A stretch of DNA of 64,000 nt, taken from the NCBI GenBank assembly GCA_963740865.1, contig CAVUGH010000009.1, forward strand, positions 62,003 through 126,002. The letters are read 5' to 3'. This DNA comes from an uncultured Actinomycetota bacterium. Its GTDB lineage: Bacteria > Actinomycetota > Actinomycetes > Actinomycetales > Dermatophilaceae. Shown one piece after another: positions 53,027 to 63,579 of this stretch. The notes beneath the pieces were generated by a model that saw only the letters and a list, made by a program, of their open reading frames with translations, made no database searches and was not told where the DNA came from. The position numbers were made by a program, and so were the translations under genes. How positions within the stretch are numbered: position 1 is the stretch's first letter; each line of letters begins with the position of its first letter.

Positions 53027-53065
53027 CGAAAGGGCTTGGAACCGTTGTGGTTCCAAGCCCTTTCG
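53027..53065. terminator. Bidirectional rho-independent terminator
   Basis: cgaaagggcttggaacc-gttgt-ggttccaagccctttcg, 17-bp stem. Confidence 0.85.
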
Positions 53066-53099
53066 TATGCCGCGTGGCCGGGCCCCGGGCCTCCTCACC

Positions 53100-53591
53100 T
53101 CAGCGGGCGAGCCACTCCTGCGCGGTCCGTGCCTCGATGTCGATGGCTTCCTCGATGGGCGGAGCGGCGGCCTTCTCGATCTTGCCGCCGATGAGCGGGA
53201 TCTTCGCCTTGAGCTCGGCGTCGAGCTTCTCGAGGGTCCCCGGGCCGCCGGGCGCGATCGCCAGGGTGCCGTTGAGCGCGATCGGTGCGCCGGCGACGGC
53301 CATCTCGACCGTTCCGCGGCGGCTGCCGTCGGCCGACGCCGGACCCCAGTCCTGGGTCTCGGTCACCTTGAGGGTCTCGCCCACCATCGACCTGGCGAAG
53401 TCGGGCAGCCCGTCGCTCGGCAGGATCCGGGAGGTCGTGATGACCGTGTGGTCGCCCACCGTCTCGACGTTCGCGGAGTGCTTGATGGCTGCCGTGGCGG
53501 CGCACTTGGCCTCCTGGAACTTCACGTCCGACAGGACGGCGAAGACCTCCTCAGGGGTGGCGGCGTACTCGATCGACTTGGCGATCTTCAT
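53100..53591 (-). CDS. DUF2505 (SRPBCC-like) protein
   Basis: ETQDW...KAKIPLIGGKIEK...W. Confidence 0.82.
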   Translation of the reverse strand: MKIAKSIEYAATPEEVFAVLSDVKFQEAKCAATAAIKHSANVETVGDHTVITTSRILPSDGLPDFARSMVGETLKVTETQDWGPASADGSRRGTVEMAVAGAPIALNGTLAIAPGGPGTLEKLDAELKAKIPLIGGKIEKAAAPPIEEAIDIEARTAQEWLAR

Positions 53592-53663
53592 GCGTCTTCT
53601 CCTGTCACGCAGTGGGTGCCCACCGTGCGGCGGACGTCGCGTGTCAGCGTAGCCACGTCACCG

Positions 53664-54557
53664 TCAGGACCGCGACGACACCTGCCGCAGCCGCACCGGC
53701 TGGCCGGCCACGAGCTGGGCTGCTGCGTCGACCGATCGGGAGGTGAGGACGGCGACGACGGGGTAGCCACCGGTGACCGGGTGGTCGGCGAGGAAGAGGA
53801 CTGGCAGGCCGTCAGCGGGCAGCTGGACAGCGCCACGGACGACACCCTCGCTGGGCAGCTCGCGCCCCTCGAAACCGACCGCCCGCGTCAGAGGGCTGCC
53901 ATCGAGTCGCACGCCGACACGGTCACTCTTCGCGTCGACCTGCCAGGACGCGTCGGTCAGCGCGGCGAGGTCCCCGAGCCAGTCACTCCGGGGGCCCTGT
54001 GTCAGCTCCAGCGTCACCGGACCGCTCGCCAGGGGAGCCACGGGCGCGACGTCGACGAGGGGCTCGCCCACCGGGCGTCCGACCGGGAGGAGGTCGCCCG
54101 ACCTCAACGGTGCGGGACCCAACTCGGAAAGTGTGTCGTACGAACGGGATCCGAGCACCGCACCAACCTCGACACCGCCACGGACGCTCACGTAGGTGCG
54201 CACCCCGCTGGTCGGCCGACCCACCTGCAGGACCGAGCCGTCGCGTACGAGGAAGGGCGCGGCATACCCGACAGGGGTCCCGTCGACGGTCGTCGGTGCG
54301 GGCGCGCCGGTCAGTGCCACCGTCACGCTGCCGTGGGCGCGGAGGGTGAGGCCGCCGTGGTGGCACTCGAGGGCGGCGCGGTCGGTGGGTTGTCCGAGCA
54401 GCCGCGCGCCGAGGGCGAAGGCGCCGCGGTCGGCGGCCCCGGACGGGCCGACGCCGAGCGACGCCAGGCCTGGTCGGCCCAGGTCTTCGACGAGAGTGAG
54501 TGGTCCTGCCGCCACCACTTCGAGCCGCGCGTATGCCGCGTGGTCGCCGGCGGTCAT
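53664..54557 (-). CDS. pxpC: 5-oxoprolinase subunit C
   Basis: EDLGRPG...SGAAD, VLGSRS, SDRVGVRL and DHPVTGGYP motifs. Confidence 0.88.
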   Translation of the reverse strand: MTAGDHAAYARLEVVAAGPLTLVEDLGRPGLASLGVGPSGAADRGAFALGARLLGQPTDRAALECHHGGLTLRAHGSVTVALTGAPAPTTVDGTPVGYAAPFLVRDGSVLQVGRPTSGVRTYVSVRGGVEVGAVLGSRSYDTLSELGPAPLRSGDLLPVGRPVGEPLVDVAPVAPLASGPVTLELTQGPRSDWLGDLAALTDASWQVDAKSDRVGVRLDGSPLTRAVGFEGRELPSEGVVRGAVQLPADGLPVLFLADHPVTGGYPVVAVLTSRSVDAAAQLVAGQPVRLRQVSSRS

Positions 54558-55207
54558 CGGTCGCCTTCCGCGTCGACGAACCTGACCCGCATCCCCGGTC
54601 GTAGCATCGCCGGCGGATCGCGGTCGAGGTCCCACAGCACCTCGTCGGTGCGCCCGATGAGCTGCCACCCGCCGGGGGAGGGCCGCGGGTAGATGCCACT
54701 GAACTCGCCCGCCAGCCCGACCGAGCCGGCGGGCACGCGAGTCCGTGGCGTCGCTAGACGCGGGACGTCCAGGCGCGGGTCGCCGCCGACGAGGTAGGCG
54801 AAGCCGGGGGCGAACCCTGCGAAGCCCACGAGCCACGGCTGACCGGTGTGCGCGCTGACGACCTCGTCGACGGACAGGCCGGTGAGCGAGGCCACGTCGG
54901 CGAGATCGGCGCCGTCATAGTGCACGGCGATCTCGACGAGCTCGGACGTGGATCCGTCGGAGCTGCCCTCCCGCCCCGCCCCGCTGGCGAGCTCGCGCAG
55001 CGCTTCGTGGGCGCGTGACCGGATGCCGGCCAACGCTGACGAGGACTCGGCGACCAGCAGCACCGTGCGTGCCCCGGTCACGGCATCGACCAGCCCGGGC
55101 GTCCTGTCGCGGTCCCACAGCATCCCGTGCAGGGCCAGCACCTCTGCGAGCGAGTCGACCTCGACCAGGACGGCGTGCTCACCGCTCGGCAGCACCCGGC
55201 CGGTCAC
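54554..55207 (-). CDS. pxpB: 5-oxoprolinase subunit B
   Basis: YDGADL, GFAPGFAYL and YPRPSPGGWQLIG motifs. Confidence 0.9.
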   Translation of the reverse strand: MTGRVLPSGEHAVLVEVDSLAEVLALHGMLWDRDRTPGLVDAVTGARTVLLVAESSSALAGIRSRAHEALRELASGAGREGSSDGSTSELVEIAVHYDGADLADVASLTGLSVDEVVSAHTGQPWLVGFAGFAPGFAYLVGGDPRLDVPRLATPRTRVPAGSVGLAGEFSGIYPRPSPGGWQLIGRTDEVLWDLDRDPPAMLRPGMRVRFVDAEGDR

Positions 55208-55232
55208 GACGGCAGAGACCCGGGCGTCATGC

Positions 55233-56003
55233 CTAGCCCGCGGCCGTGACGAACGGTGCCAGCGTCACGCCTGCGGCCTCCAGGCCGGCCCGGACCGCGG
55301 TGGCCATCGACACCGCACCGGGGCTGTCGCCGTGGACGCACAACGACGCAGCGTCGATGTGCACCGCGGCACCGTCCGCGGCGTCCACCTGCCCGCTCGC
55401 GACCAGTCGGACGGCGCGGGCGGCGACCGACTCAGGGTCGTGCAGCACCGCCCCGGCGTCAGCCCGGGGGACGAGCGTGCCGGCGGCGGTGTAGGCGCGG
55501 TCGGCGAAGGCCTCGGCGACGGTCGGGATCCCCTCGGCCTCGGCCAGGGTGAGCAGCACGGACCCCGGCAGGCACAGCAGCGGGAGTGAGGAGTCGACCC
55601 GCCGCACGGCCTCCACGACGGCGGTGGCCTGCGCCTCGTGGTGCACGACGGCGTTGTAGAGCGCGCCATGGGGTTTGACGTAGCGCACGGACGTGCCGGC
55701 CGCAGCGCAGATCCCCTGCAGGGCGCCGATCTGGTAGACCACGTCGGCCAGCAGGTCGGCGGGATCGAGGTCGATGAAGCGGCGACCGAAGCCCGCCAGG
55801 TCGCGATAGCCCACCTGGGCTCCGACGACGACGCCCCGCTCGGCGGCCTGCTCGCAGACGCGCAGCAGGCCGCGCGGGTCGCCCGCGTGGAAGCCGCAGG
55901 CGACGTTGGCACTGGTGACGACGTCGAGCATCGCCTCGTCGTCACCCAGGGTCCACCGGCCGAACGACTCGCCCAGGTCGGCGTTGAGGTCGATGGTCCT
56001 CAC
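55233..56003 (-). CDS. pxpA: 5-oxoprolinase subunit A (LamB/YcsF)
   Basis: [29 protein letters not shown] and CVHGD motifs. Confidence 0.93.
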   Translation of the reverse strand: MRTIDLNADLGESFGRWTLGDDEAMLDVVTSANVACGFHAGDPRGLLRVCEQAAERGVVVGAQVGYRDLAGFGRRFIDLDPADLLADVVYQIGALQGICAAAGTSVRYVKPHGALYNAVVHHEAQATAVVEAVRRVDSSLPLLCLPGSVLLTLAEAEGIPTVAEAFADRAYTAAGTLVPRADAGAVLHDPESVAARAVRLVASGQVDAADGAAVHIDAASLCVHGDSPGAVSMATAVRAGLEAAGVTLAPFVTAAG

Positions 56004-56521
56004 CGGCGCAGCGCTCCGGCGTGCGTGCCCAGGGCGCCCTGCGACTCGCGCAACGCGGCGGCGAGCCGGCGGCGGCGTTGGCCGACGAGGCCTGTCACGG
56101 TGTCGAGCTCCCCCTGGAGACGGTTTCGGAGGGCCTGCTGCTGGGTGCTCGCCAGCTCGTCCGCGACACCACTGACGCCCCACGCAGCCGCGAGCTCACC
56201 GTCGACGACCCGGAGACCGGCAGCCTCGGCGCGCTCGGCCAGCAGGCGACCGTGGGCGATCGCCTCGGCCAGGTCGCTGGCATGCGCCTGGAGGGCCGCG
56301 CCGATGCGGTCGACCTCGCGCGCGGCCGTGGCTGCAGCGGCGTCGAGGAGGTCGACGCGGCGGCGGGCCTGGACGACGACGGGTCCGGGACGGGCCCCGT
56401 CACCGTTGTCGAACGCGTCATGGGCCGCGCGGCCGGTGCTCCGCAGGCGGGTGGCGAGCTGCCGCAGGGTGCCTCCGAGCTGCGAGCAGGAAGCCGGGTC
56501 GCCGCCGACAGGACTGGTCAC
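56000..56521 (-). CDS. Helical hypothetical protein (WXG100/T7SS-substrate-like)
   Basis: [19 protein letters not shown]-terminus; Ala-rich helices; GTGA coupling on both sides. Confidence 0.6.
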   Translation of the reverse strand: MTSPVGGDPASCSQLGGTLRQLATRLRSTGRAAHDAFDNGDGARPGPVVVQARRRVDLLDAAAATAAREVDRIGAALQAHASDLAEAIAHGRLLAERAEAAGLRVVDGELAAAWGVSGVADELASTQQQALRNRLQGELDTVTGLVGQRRRRLAAALRESQGALGTHAGALRR

Positions 56522-56886
56522 CGGAACACCTCGCCGGACGCTGTGTTCGTCCAGCCATCCCCCGTCACAGCGCCCTCGGCGTGCTGGTCGTGCGCGGCAG
56601 CGGGTGCCCGGGGGCCACCGGCGTCCAGCACGCCTCCGTGGCCGGGAGTGTTCAGGGCCGCCACGCGGAGCCGGTCGGCCAGGTCGGACCCGGTCGCATC
56701 CATCTCGCGAAGCAGGTCGGCGAGGTGCTCGACCCAGCCGTCGAGAGCCGCCTGGGTCTCGCGGTCGCCCACATCGGCGAACTCGGCGAGGACCCCCTCA
56801 GCTCCCTCCCTCGCGCACTCGCGCAGCGGCCCGAGGGCCGCGCCGAGCGAGCGGAGACGGTCGGGATCGACCGAAGCGGGCGGCAT
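56518..56886 (-). CDS. Helical hypothetical protein (type VII target-like)
   Basis: SVDPDRLRSLG...LADRLRVAA; TACAGT 7 nt before ATG. Confidence 0.55.
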   Translation of the reverse strand: MPPASVDPDRLRSLGAALGPLRECAREGAEGVLAEFADVGDRETQAALDGWVEHLADLLREMDATGSDLADRLRVAALNTPGHGGVLDAGGPRAPAAAHDQHAEGAVTGDGWTNTASGEVFR

Positions 56887-56984
56887 ACCCATCACTGTAG
56901 TGAGGTCATGGCAACGGCCCCCGGAGATACCCACATGCTTACGCGTGGGCACTCCGGGGGCCGTTCGTCACGAACTGAGTCCGA

Positions 56985-57143
56985 TCAGTACCAGTGCTTC
57001 CGGCCGCCGATAGCACGACCGGTGCCACCCAGAACGGCCAGGACGAGCCCGACCACAATGAGGATGGCGCCAATGGTCACCAGGACGGAGAGGCTCTTGA
57101 CCAAGAGGCCAAGAATCAGCAAGACGATGCCGAGGACGATCAC
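56985..57143 (-). CDS. Small membrane protein (DUF6131-like, 52 aa), absent from the ORF track
   Basis: MIVLGIVLLILGLLVKSLSVLVTIGAILIVVGLVLAVLGGTGRAIGGRKHWY; GAAGGAG SD. Confidence 0.82.
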   Translation of the reverse strand: MIVLGIVLLILGLLVKSLSVLVTIGAILIVVGLVLAVLGGTGRAIGGRKHWY

Positions 57144-57351
57144 GTGGAGCTCCTTCTGTTCGTGTTATGCAAACACCCCACCTCACCACACATTCGAAAA
57201 AAACACATCTTGACCTGCGCAAACGTGGTTCCAGAGGGGCCGGAGGGACGGGGTATGCCGCGTGCGGGCGGCGAGCGATAGTCTCGGTTGCGGCGCACAG
57301 AGTCGTGCTGCCACAGAGCATGACGACCCACGTGAGGATGAAGTCGACAGC

Positions 57352-60300
57352 ATGTCTGCGTCGCTGGAGCAGTCCCGTCAGCAACTCCTGAAGACCGCCG
57401 CTGAGCGCGCGGACCATGGCGGGGGTGAGGCGGTCGAACAGTTCCTGCGGACCTACTACCGACACGTGGCCACGGAGGACCTCCTGGCGCGGGCGCCCGA
57501 GGACCTGCTGGGAGCGGCGCTGGCGCACCGCGAGCTGGCCAAGGACCGGCCCGTGGGCACGGCCAAGGTCGAGGTCTTCAACCCCGAGGTCGAGGAGCAG
57601 GGCTGGGCCAGCGGGCACACGGTCGTGCAGATCGTCACCGACGACATGCCGTTCCTCGTCGACTCGGTGAGCTCCGAGCTCCAGCGGATGGAGCGCTCGG
57701 TGCACCTCGTCGTCCACCCCACGATGCGGGTGCGGCGCAACGCCACCGGTGAGCTCGAGGAGCTCGTGCTGGGTGACGCCGGCGGCGGTGGGTCGAACGG
57801 GTCCCCGGGCTCGGGTGATGGCGGTTTCGGCCTGGTCCGCGAGTCCTGGATGCACCTGGAGATCGACCGCGACAGCGACTTGTCCAAGCGGGACGAGGTT
57901 GCCGAGGGGCTGCGCGGGGTGCTGGGCAACGTCCGCGAGTCCGTCGAGGACTGGCCCAAGATGAAGGCCACCTGCTCGCAGGTGGCGCAGGATCTCGTCG
58001 ACGCCCCACCGGCGGGCATCGCGGGCGAGGAGGTCGAGCAGGCTCGGGGTCTGCTCGAGTGGCTGGCCGACAACCACTTCACCTTCCTCGGCTACCGCGA
58101 GTACGCCCTGCACCGGGGCGACGACGCCGACACGCTGGAAGCCGTCCAGGGGACCGGCCTCGGGCTGCTGCGCTACGACCGCACCGGTGACGGGGTGCTG
58201 CTCAGCGAGCAGGCCCGCGCCGTGGCCAGGGCCCGCGAGCTGCTCATCATCACCAAGGCGAACTCGCGGGCGACGGTGCACCGCAACACCTATCTCGACT
58301 ACGTCAGCGTCAAGCAGTTCGACGACGCCGGCGAGGTGACGGGGGAGAAGCGGTTCCTCGGGCTGTTCACGTCGAGCGCCTACACCGAGTCGGTCACCCG
58401 CGTGCCGGTGCTGCGCGACAAGGTCGCCGCGATCTTCCAGCGCACCGGCTTCCTGCCCGACTCGCACTCGGGCAAGGACCTGCTCGAGGTCCTCGAGAAC
58501 TACCCGCGCGACGAGCTCTTCCAGGCCGAGGAGGAGTCGCTCTACGACAACGCGACGTCGGTGCTGCACCTGCAGGAGCGGCGCAAGACCAAGCTCTTCC
58601 TGCGCCGCGACCGGTTCGGCCGGTTCGTGTCGTGCCTGGTCTACATCCCGCGTGACCGCTACAACACTGCGGTGCGACTCAAGATGGAATCCATTCTGCG
58701 GCAAGCCTTTCCGGGTGCCACGGTGGACTTCACGACCCGGGTGTCCGAGTCCGTGCTGGCTCGTCTGCACTTCGTCGTCCGTGTCCCGGCGGGGGAGTCG
58801 ATCCCGTCCATCGACGAGGCCGTCCTCGAGCGCCAGCTGGTCGACGCCACCCGCACCTGGGACGAGGACCTGGGCGAGGCCGCCCGCGCCGAGCACGGTG
58901 AGGAGGCCGCCGCTCGCCTGTCCGGGCTCTACGGTCGGGCGTTCCCGGAGGCCTACAAGGAGGACTTCACCTCGCGCGTCGGAGTCGCCGACATCCGCCA
59001 CATGGATGCGCTCGAGAGCGACGACTCGACCGGGCTGAACATGTACCAGGAGCCCGGTGCGCCCGCCAACGAACGCCGCTTCAAGCTCTACCGGCGCAGC
59101 CCCCTGTCGCTGACCCAGGTGCTGCCGATGTTCACCCACATGGGGGTCGAGGTCGTCGACGAGCGGCCCTACGAGATCTCCCGTGGTGACGGCGTCAAGC
59201 TGTGGGTCTACGACTTCGGGCTGCGCGTGCGCAACGACAAGGTGTGGACCGGTGACGGCGGGCGCGACAAGCTCCGCGAGCTGTTCCAGGACTCGGTCGG
59301 TGCGGTGTGGCGTGGTCGGGCCGAGTCCGACGGGTTCAACGCGCTCGTCCTCGGGGCCGGGCTGACCTGGCGCCAGGTCGTCATCCTGCGCACCGTCGCA
59401 AAGTACCTCCGCCAGACCGGTTCGACGTTCTCGCAGGACTACGTCGAGATCGCGCTGCGGTCCAACGTCAAGCTCGCGGGCAAGCTCGTGTCCCTCTTCG
59501 AGACCCGTTTCGACCCCAGCCGGTATGCCGGTGCGGCCGGTCCCGAGCGCGAGGCCGCCGAGAGCGCCCTGTGCGAGCGGATCACCAAGGACCTCGACGA
59601 GGTCAAGAGCCTCGACCACGACCGGATCATCCGGGCCTTCCTCGGCGTGATCACGGCGACCCTGCGGACGAACTTCTACCAGCCGGACGACTCGGGCGCG
59701 GACAAGTCCTACGTCTCTCTCAAGCTCAACCCCAAGAAGGTCCCCGACCTGCCGGCCCCGCGGCCGCAGTTCGAGATCTTCGTCTACTCGCCGAGGGTCG
59801 AGGGCGTGCACCTGCGGTTCGGTCCGGTGGCCCGCGGCGGGCTGCGCTGGTCGGACCGGCGGGAGGACTTCCGCACCGAGGTGCTCGGGCTGGTCAAGGC
59901 GCAGATGGTCAAGAACGCCGTCATCGTGCCGACCGGTTCCAAGGGCGGCTTCTACGCCAAGCAGCTGCCCGACCCGACCGTGGACCGCGACGCCTGGCTC
60001 GCCGAGGGGATCGGCTCCTACAAGGTCTTCATCTCCGGGTTGCTGGACCTCACCGACAACCGGGACGGGTCGCAGATCGTGCCCCCCGCCTCCGTGGTGC
60101 GCCACGACCCCGACGACTCCTACCTCGTGGTGGCCGCGGACAAGGGCACCGCGACGTTCTCGGACATCGCCAACGGTGTCGCCCAGTCCTACGGCTTCTG
60201 GCTCGACGACGGCTTCGCCTCGGGCGGTTCAGCCGGCTACGACCACAAGGCCATGGGCATCACGGCCCGTGGCGCCTGGGAGTCGGTCAAGCGGCACTTC

Positions 60301-62253
60301 CGCGAGATGGGCCACGACACCCAGACCCAGGACTTCACCGCCGTGGGCATCGGCGACATGTCCGGTGACGTCTTCGGCAACGGCATGCTGCTCTCCGAGC
60401 ACATCAGGCTGGTGGCCGCCTTCGACCACCGCCACATCTTCGTGGACCCGAATCCCGTTGCTGCGACGAGCTTCCCGGAGCGCCAGCGGCTGTTCGACCT
60501 GCCCCGTTCGTCGTGGGCCGACTACGACACGTCGCTCATCTCCACCGGCGGCGGGGTCTTCGACCGCTCGCTCAAGTCCATCGCCATCACACCGGAGATG
60601 ACCGAGGCGCTGGGCCTGCCCAAGTCCGCCAGCTCGATGACGCCGGCGGCGCTCATGAAGGCGATCCTCCAGTCGCCGGTCGACCTGCTGTGGAACGGCG
60701 GCATCGGCACCTACGTCAAGGCCGTGACCGAGAGCAACCCCGACATCGGCGACCGCGCCAACGACGCGATCCGAGTCGACGGCGGACAGCTGCGCTGCAA
60801 GGTGGTCGGTGAGGGCGGCAACCTCGGGCTCAGCCAGCTCGGCCGGATCGAGGCAGCCCTGCACGGCGTGCGGGTCAACACCGACGCGATCGACAACTCC
60901 GCGGGTGTCGACACCTCCGACCACGAGGTCAACATCAAGATCCTGCTCACGGCCCTGGTCAAGGGTGGTGACATGACGCTCAAGCAGCGCAACACCCTGC
61001 TCGCGTCGATGACGGACGACGTGGCCCACCAGGTGCTGCGCGACAACTACGAGCAGAACGTCCTGCTGGGCAACGCCCGGGCCCAGGAGCACCCGATGCT
61101 CCCGGTGCACCAGCGGCTGATCCACTGGCTGGAGGAGCGCGGCGACCTCGACCGTGCCCTGGAGTTCCTGCCGAGCGACACCGAGATCGACCGCCGGTTC
61201 GCTGACGGCCTGGGCCTGAAGTCGCCGGAGTTCTCGGTACTCGTCGCCTACGCCAAGCTGGCCCTCAAGGAGGACCTGCTCCCGTCCGAGCTGCCCGACG
61301 ACCCGTGGTTCCAGGCGACCCTGACCGACTACTTCCCCGAGGCGTTGCGCGAGCAGTTCGCCGCCGAGCTCGCCGAGCACCCGCTGCGCCGCGAGATCAT
61401 CACCAACTCGGTGGTCAACTCGATGGTGAACCGCGGCGGCATCACGTTTGCCTTCCGGGCCATGGAGGAGACCGGAGCGACGCCGGAGCAGATCGCCCGG
61501 GCGTTCGTGGTCTGCCGCGAGATCTTCGACCTGCCGAGCTTCGTGCACGAGATCGAGGGTCTCGACAACGTCGTGTCCACCGACGTGCAGAGCCAGCTCT
61601 ACCTCGAGTTCCGTCGCCTGATCGACCGGTCGATGCGGTGGTTCCTGACCTCGCGCCCCTCCCGGCTCGACGTCGCCAACGAGGTGGCCAGGTTCGGTGC
61701 GGTGGTCGGTCAGTTCGCACCGCAGATCCCGGACCTGCTCAAGGGCGCGGAGCTGAAGCGCTTGCAGCGCAACGCCGCCAGCCTCGAGAAGGTCGGTGTG
61801 CCCGAAGCCCTGGCGATGAAGTCCGCGAGCCTGCTGGACCAGTTCTCGCTGCTCGACATCGTCGACATCGCGACCGACACGGGTGAGGCGCCGACCGACG
61901 TGGCACCGCTCTACTTCGTGCTGTCGGAGAGGTTCGGGATCGACGCGATGCTCACCCGGGTCACCAACCTGCCGCGTGACGACCGGTGGGATGCGCTGGC
62001 GCGCGGCGCGCTGCGCGATGACCTGTATGCCGTGCTGGAGAGCCTGGTGCGATCCGTGATCGACGCGTCGACGTCGGGTGCGACGCCGGTGGCTCGCTAC
62101 GAGGAGTGGGCCAAGGCCAACTCCGAGAGCCTGACCCGCGCCAAGACCGCGCTGTCCGGCATCGAGCGGCTCGACAAGCCCAACATCGCCGCGCTCTCGG
62201 TGGCCCTGCGCACCCTGCGCTCGGTGATCCGCTCCGGAGCCGCCAGCTCCTGA
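57352..62253 (+). CDS. gdh: Large NAD-specific glutamate dehydrogenase
   Basis: DDMPFLVDS, ARGGLRWSDR, YLVVAADKGTA, GIGDMSGDVFGNG and EGGNLG motifs. Confidence 0.96.
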   Translation: MSASLEQSRQQLLKTAAERADHGGGEAVEQFLRTYYRHVATEDLLARAPEDLLGAALAHRELAKDRPVGTAKVEVFNPEVEEQGWASGHTVVQIVTDDMPFLVDSVSSELQRMERSVHLVVHPTMRVRRNATGELEELVLGDAGGGGSNGSPGSGDGGFGLVRESWMHLEIDRDSDLSKRDEVAEGLRGVLGNVRESVEDWPKMKATCSQVAQDLVDAPPAGIAGEEVEQARGLLEWLADNHFTFLGYREYALHRGDDADTLEAVQGTGLGLLRYDRTGDGVLLSEQARAVARARELLIITKANSRATVHRNTYLDYVSVKQFDDAGEVTGEKRFLGLFTSSAYTESVTRVPVLRDKVAAIFQRTGFLPDSHSGKDLLEVLENYPRDELFQAEEESLYDNATSVLHLQERRKTKLFLRRDRFGRFVSCLVYIPRDRYNTAVRLKMESILRQAFPGATVDFTTRVSESVLARLHFVVRVPAGESIPSIDEAVLERQLVDATRTWDEDLGEAARAEHGEEAAARLSGLYGRAFPEAYKEDFTSRVGVADIRHMDALESDDSTGLNMYQEPGAPANERRFKLYRRSPLSLTQVLPMFTHMGVEVVDERPYEISRGDGVKLWVYDFGLRVRNDKVWTGDGGRDKLRELFQDSVGAVWRGRAESDGFNALVLGAGLTWRQVVILRTVAKYLRQTGSTFSQDYVEIALRSNVKLAGKLVSLFETRFDPSRYAGAAGPEREAAESALCERITKDLDEVKSLDHDRIIRAFLGVITATLRTNFYQPDDSGADKSYVSLKLNPKKVPDLPAPRPQFEIFVYSPRVEGVHLRFGPVARGGLRWSDRREDFRTEVLGLVKAQMVKNAVIVPTGSKGGFYAKQLPDPTVDRDAWLAEGIGSYKVFISGLLDLTDNRDGSQIVPPASVVRHDPDDSYLVVAADKGTATFSDIANGVAQSYGFWLDDGFASGGSAGYDHKAMGITARGAWESVKRHFREMGHDTQTQDFTAVGIGDMSGDVFGNGMLLSEHIRLVAAFDHRHIFVDPNPVAATSFPERQRLFDLPRSSWADYDTSLISTGGGVFDRSLKSIAITPEMTEALGLPKSASSMTPAALMKAILQSPVDLLWNGGIGTYVKAVTESNPDIGDRANDAIRVDGGQLRCKVVGEGGNLGLSQLGRIEAALHGVRVNTDAIDNSAGVDTSDHEVNIKILLTALVKGGDMTLKQRNTLLASMTDDVAHQVLRDNYEQNVLLGNARAQEHPMLPVHQRLIHWLEERGDLDRALEFLPSDTEIDRRFADGLGLKSPEFSVLVAYAKLALKEDLLPSELPDDPWFQATLTDYFPEALREQFAAELAEHPLRREIITNSVVNSMVNRGGITFAFRAMEETGATPEQIARAFVVCREIFDLPSFVHEIEGLDNVVSTDVQSQLYLEFRRLIDRSMRWFLTSRPSRLDVANEVARFGAVVGQFAPQIPDLLKGAELKRLQRNAASLEKVGVPEALAMKSASLLDQFSLLDIVDIATDTGEAPTDVAPLYFVLSERFGIDAMLTRVTNLPRDDRWDALARGALRDDLYAVLESLVRSVIDASTSGATPVARYEEWAKANSESLTRAKTALSGIERLDKPNIAALSVALRTLRSVIRSGAASS

Positions 62254-62310
62254 CGTGTGGACGGTCTCAGTCGCGCTGTCCGCGGATCTCCCGGGGTCCG
62301 AGAGGTCGAC

Positions 62311-62722
62311 CTACGTCAGGGCGTCGGCGACGAGTCCCACGATGACCACCGCCAGGCACAGCGCGAGGAAGCCGAGCAGCACCACACATGCACCCCATCC
62401 CGGGACGCGGCTGCTTGGTGAACCCGATGTTGCCCCGCGCGAACTGGTGCAGGGGCGAGGCATACCAGACCTCGACGACCTGGCCGGGCGCGACGGTGGT
62501 GTCGATGGCGGCCTGTCCGTAGGTGCGCATCCACTGCGCTTCCATGTCGAGGTGGTTCGGGCCCGGGTAGACCGGAATGTCCTGCGTCCCGTAGCGGGTC
62601 GGCACGGGATGGCCGTTGATCCGCAACGTGGGAGTGAGCAGGTTGCTGGTCATCACGCTGCCCTGGATGGTGAGGCGGATGGTGCCCAGTGGCGCAGCGG
62701 AGGCGGCGGACTGTTCGGTCAT
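62311..62722 (-). CDS. Hypothetical membrane-anchored protein with apparent frameshift near 62387
   Basis: Shifting frame after GMGCM gives a TM tail VVLLGFLALCLAVVIVGLVADALT-stop. Confidence 0.6.
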
Positions 62723-62786
62723 GGTTGGCGAGACTAGGGCGAAACGGTCACCGATGGGGCGACTTCGGGCGGTTAGGGTGAGTCGG

Positions 62787-63501
62787 ATGACGGCTGACAC
62801 CACGCTGATCCGCGTGCTCCTGGTGACCCGCTACCCGGTGAAGTCGATGGGCGGTGAGTCCTTGTCGACCGCGCAGGTCGGGCCCGACGGCCTGGTCGCC
62901 GACCGGGAGTACGCCGTCTACGGCGCGGACGGCAAGCTCGCCAGCGGCAAGCACTCGCGGCGTTTCCGCCGGATGGACCCGGTCTTCGACCTCGTCGCGG
63001 CCAAGCGTGGTGCGGACACCGTGGTGACGCTGCCCCGACGGGACGCAAGGTCGTTGTCGGACAGCAGGATTCGGACGCGATCCTGTCCACCCACTTCGGC
63101 GAGCCGGTCACGCCTGCGGCGCGAGACCGACGTCATGCACCAGGACGCCGCGCAGCTCTCGATCGTCGGCAGCGCCACCGCTCGTGGAGCTCGGCCGGCA
63201 CGAGGGCGACGGGCGACCGCTCGACCCGCGTCACCTGCGCGCCAACGTCGTGGTGCAGACCGAGCAGCCGTATGCCGAGGAGGCCTGGGTCGGACGGGAC
63301 GTCACCATCGGCGCGGTGCGGCTGCGGGTCAGCGAGCCGATCGAGCGGTGCCGGATGGTGGGGGTCGAGCAGGTCGGGCTGCCGCCTCGCCCGGGCATGC
63401 TCAAGGCGATCAGCGACCACCACGACCTCAACGCCGGCATCTACGCGTCGATCCTGCTCCCCGGTTCGATCTCGGTCGGCGACGTCGTCACCGTCGACTG
63501 A
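62787..63501 (+). pseudogene. MOSC-domain protein interrupted by about 4 single-base insertions (pseudogene or sequencing error)
   Basis: RYPVKSMGGE...DREYA in one frame; RHLRANVVV...RCRMV...GSISVGD in another. Confidence 0.7.
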
Positions 63502-63579
63502 GCCGCGCCGCCTCAGCCACGCGTCCAGCCGGTGACCCGGGGGCGCGCGAGAGGGTCGTCGGTCCGCGAGGATCACGCC

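Noticed and set aside
56968-60105. 1045-aa minus-strand ORF
   Set aside because: Antisense shadow of gdh
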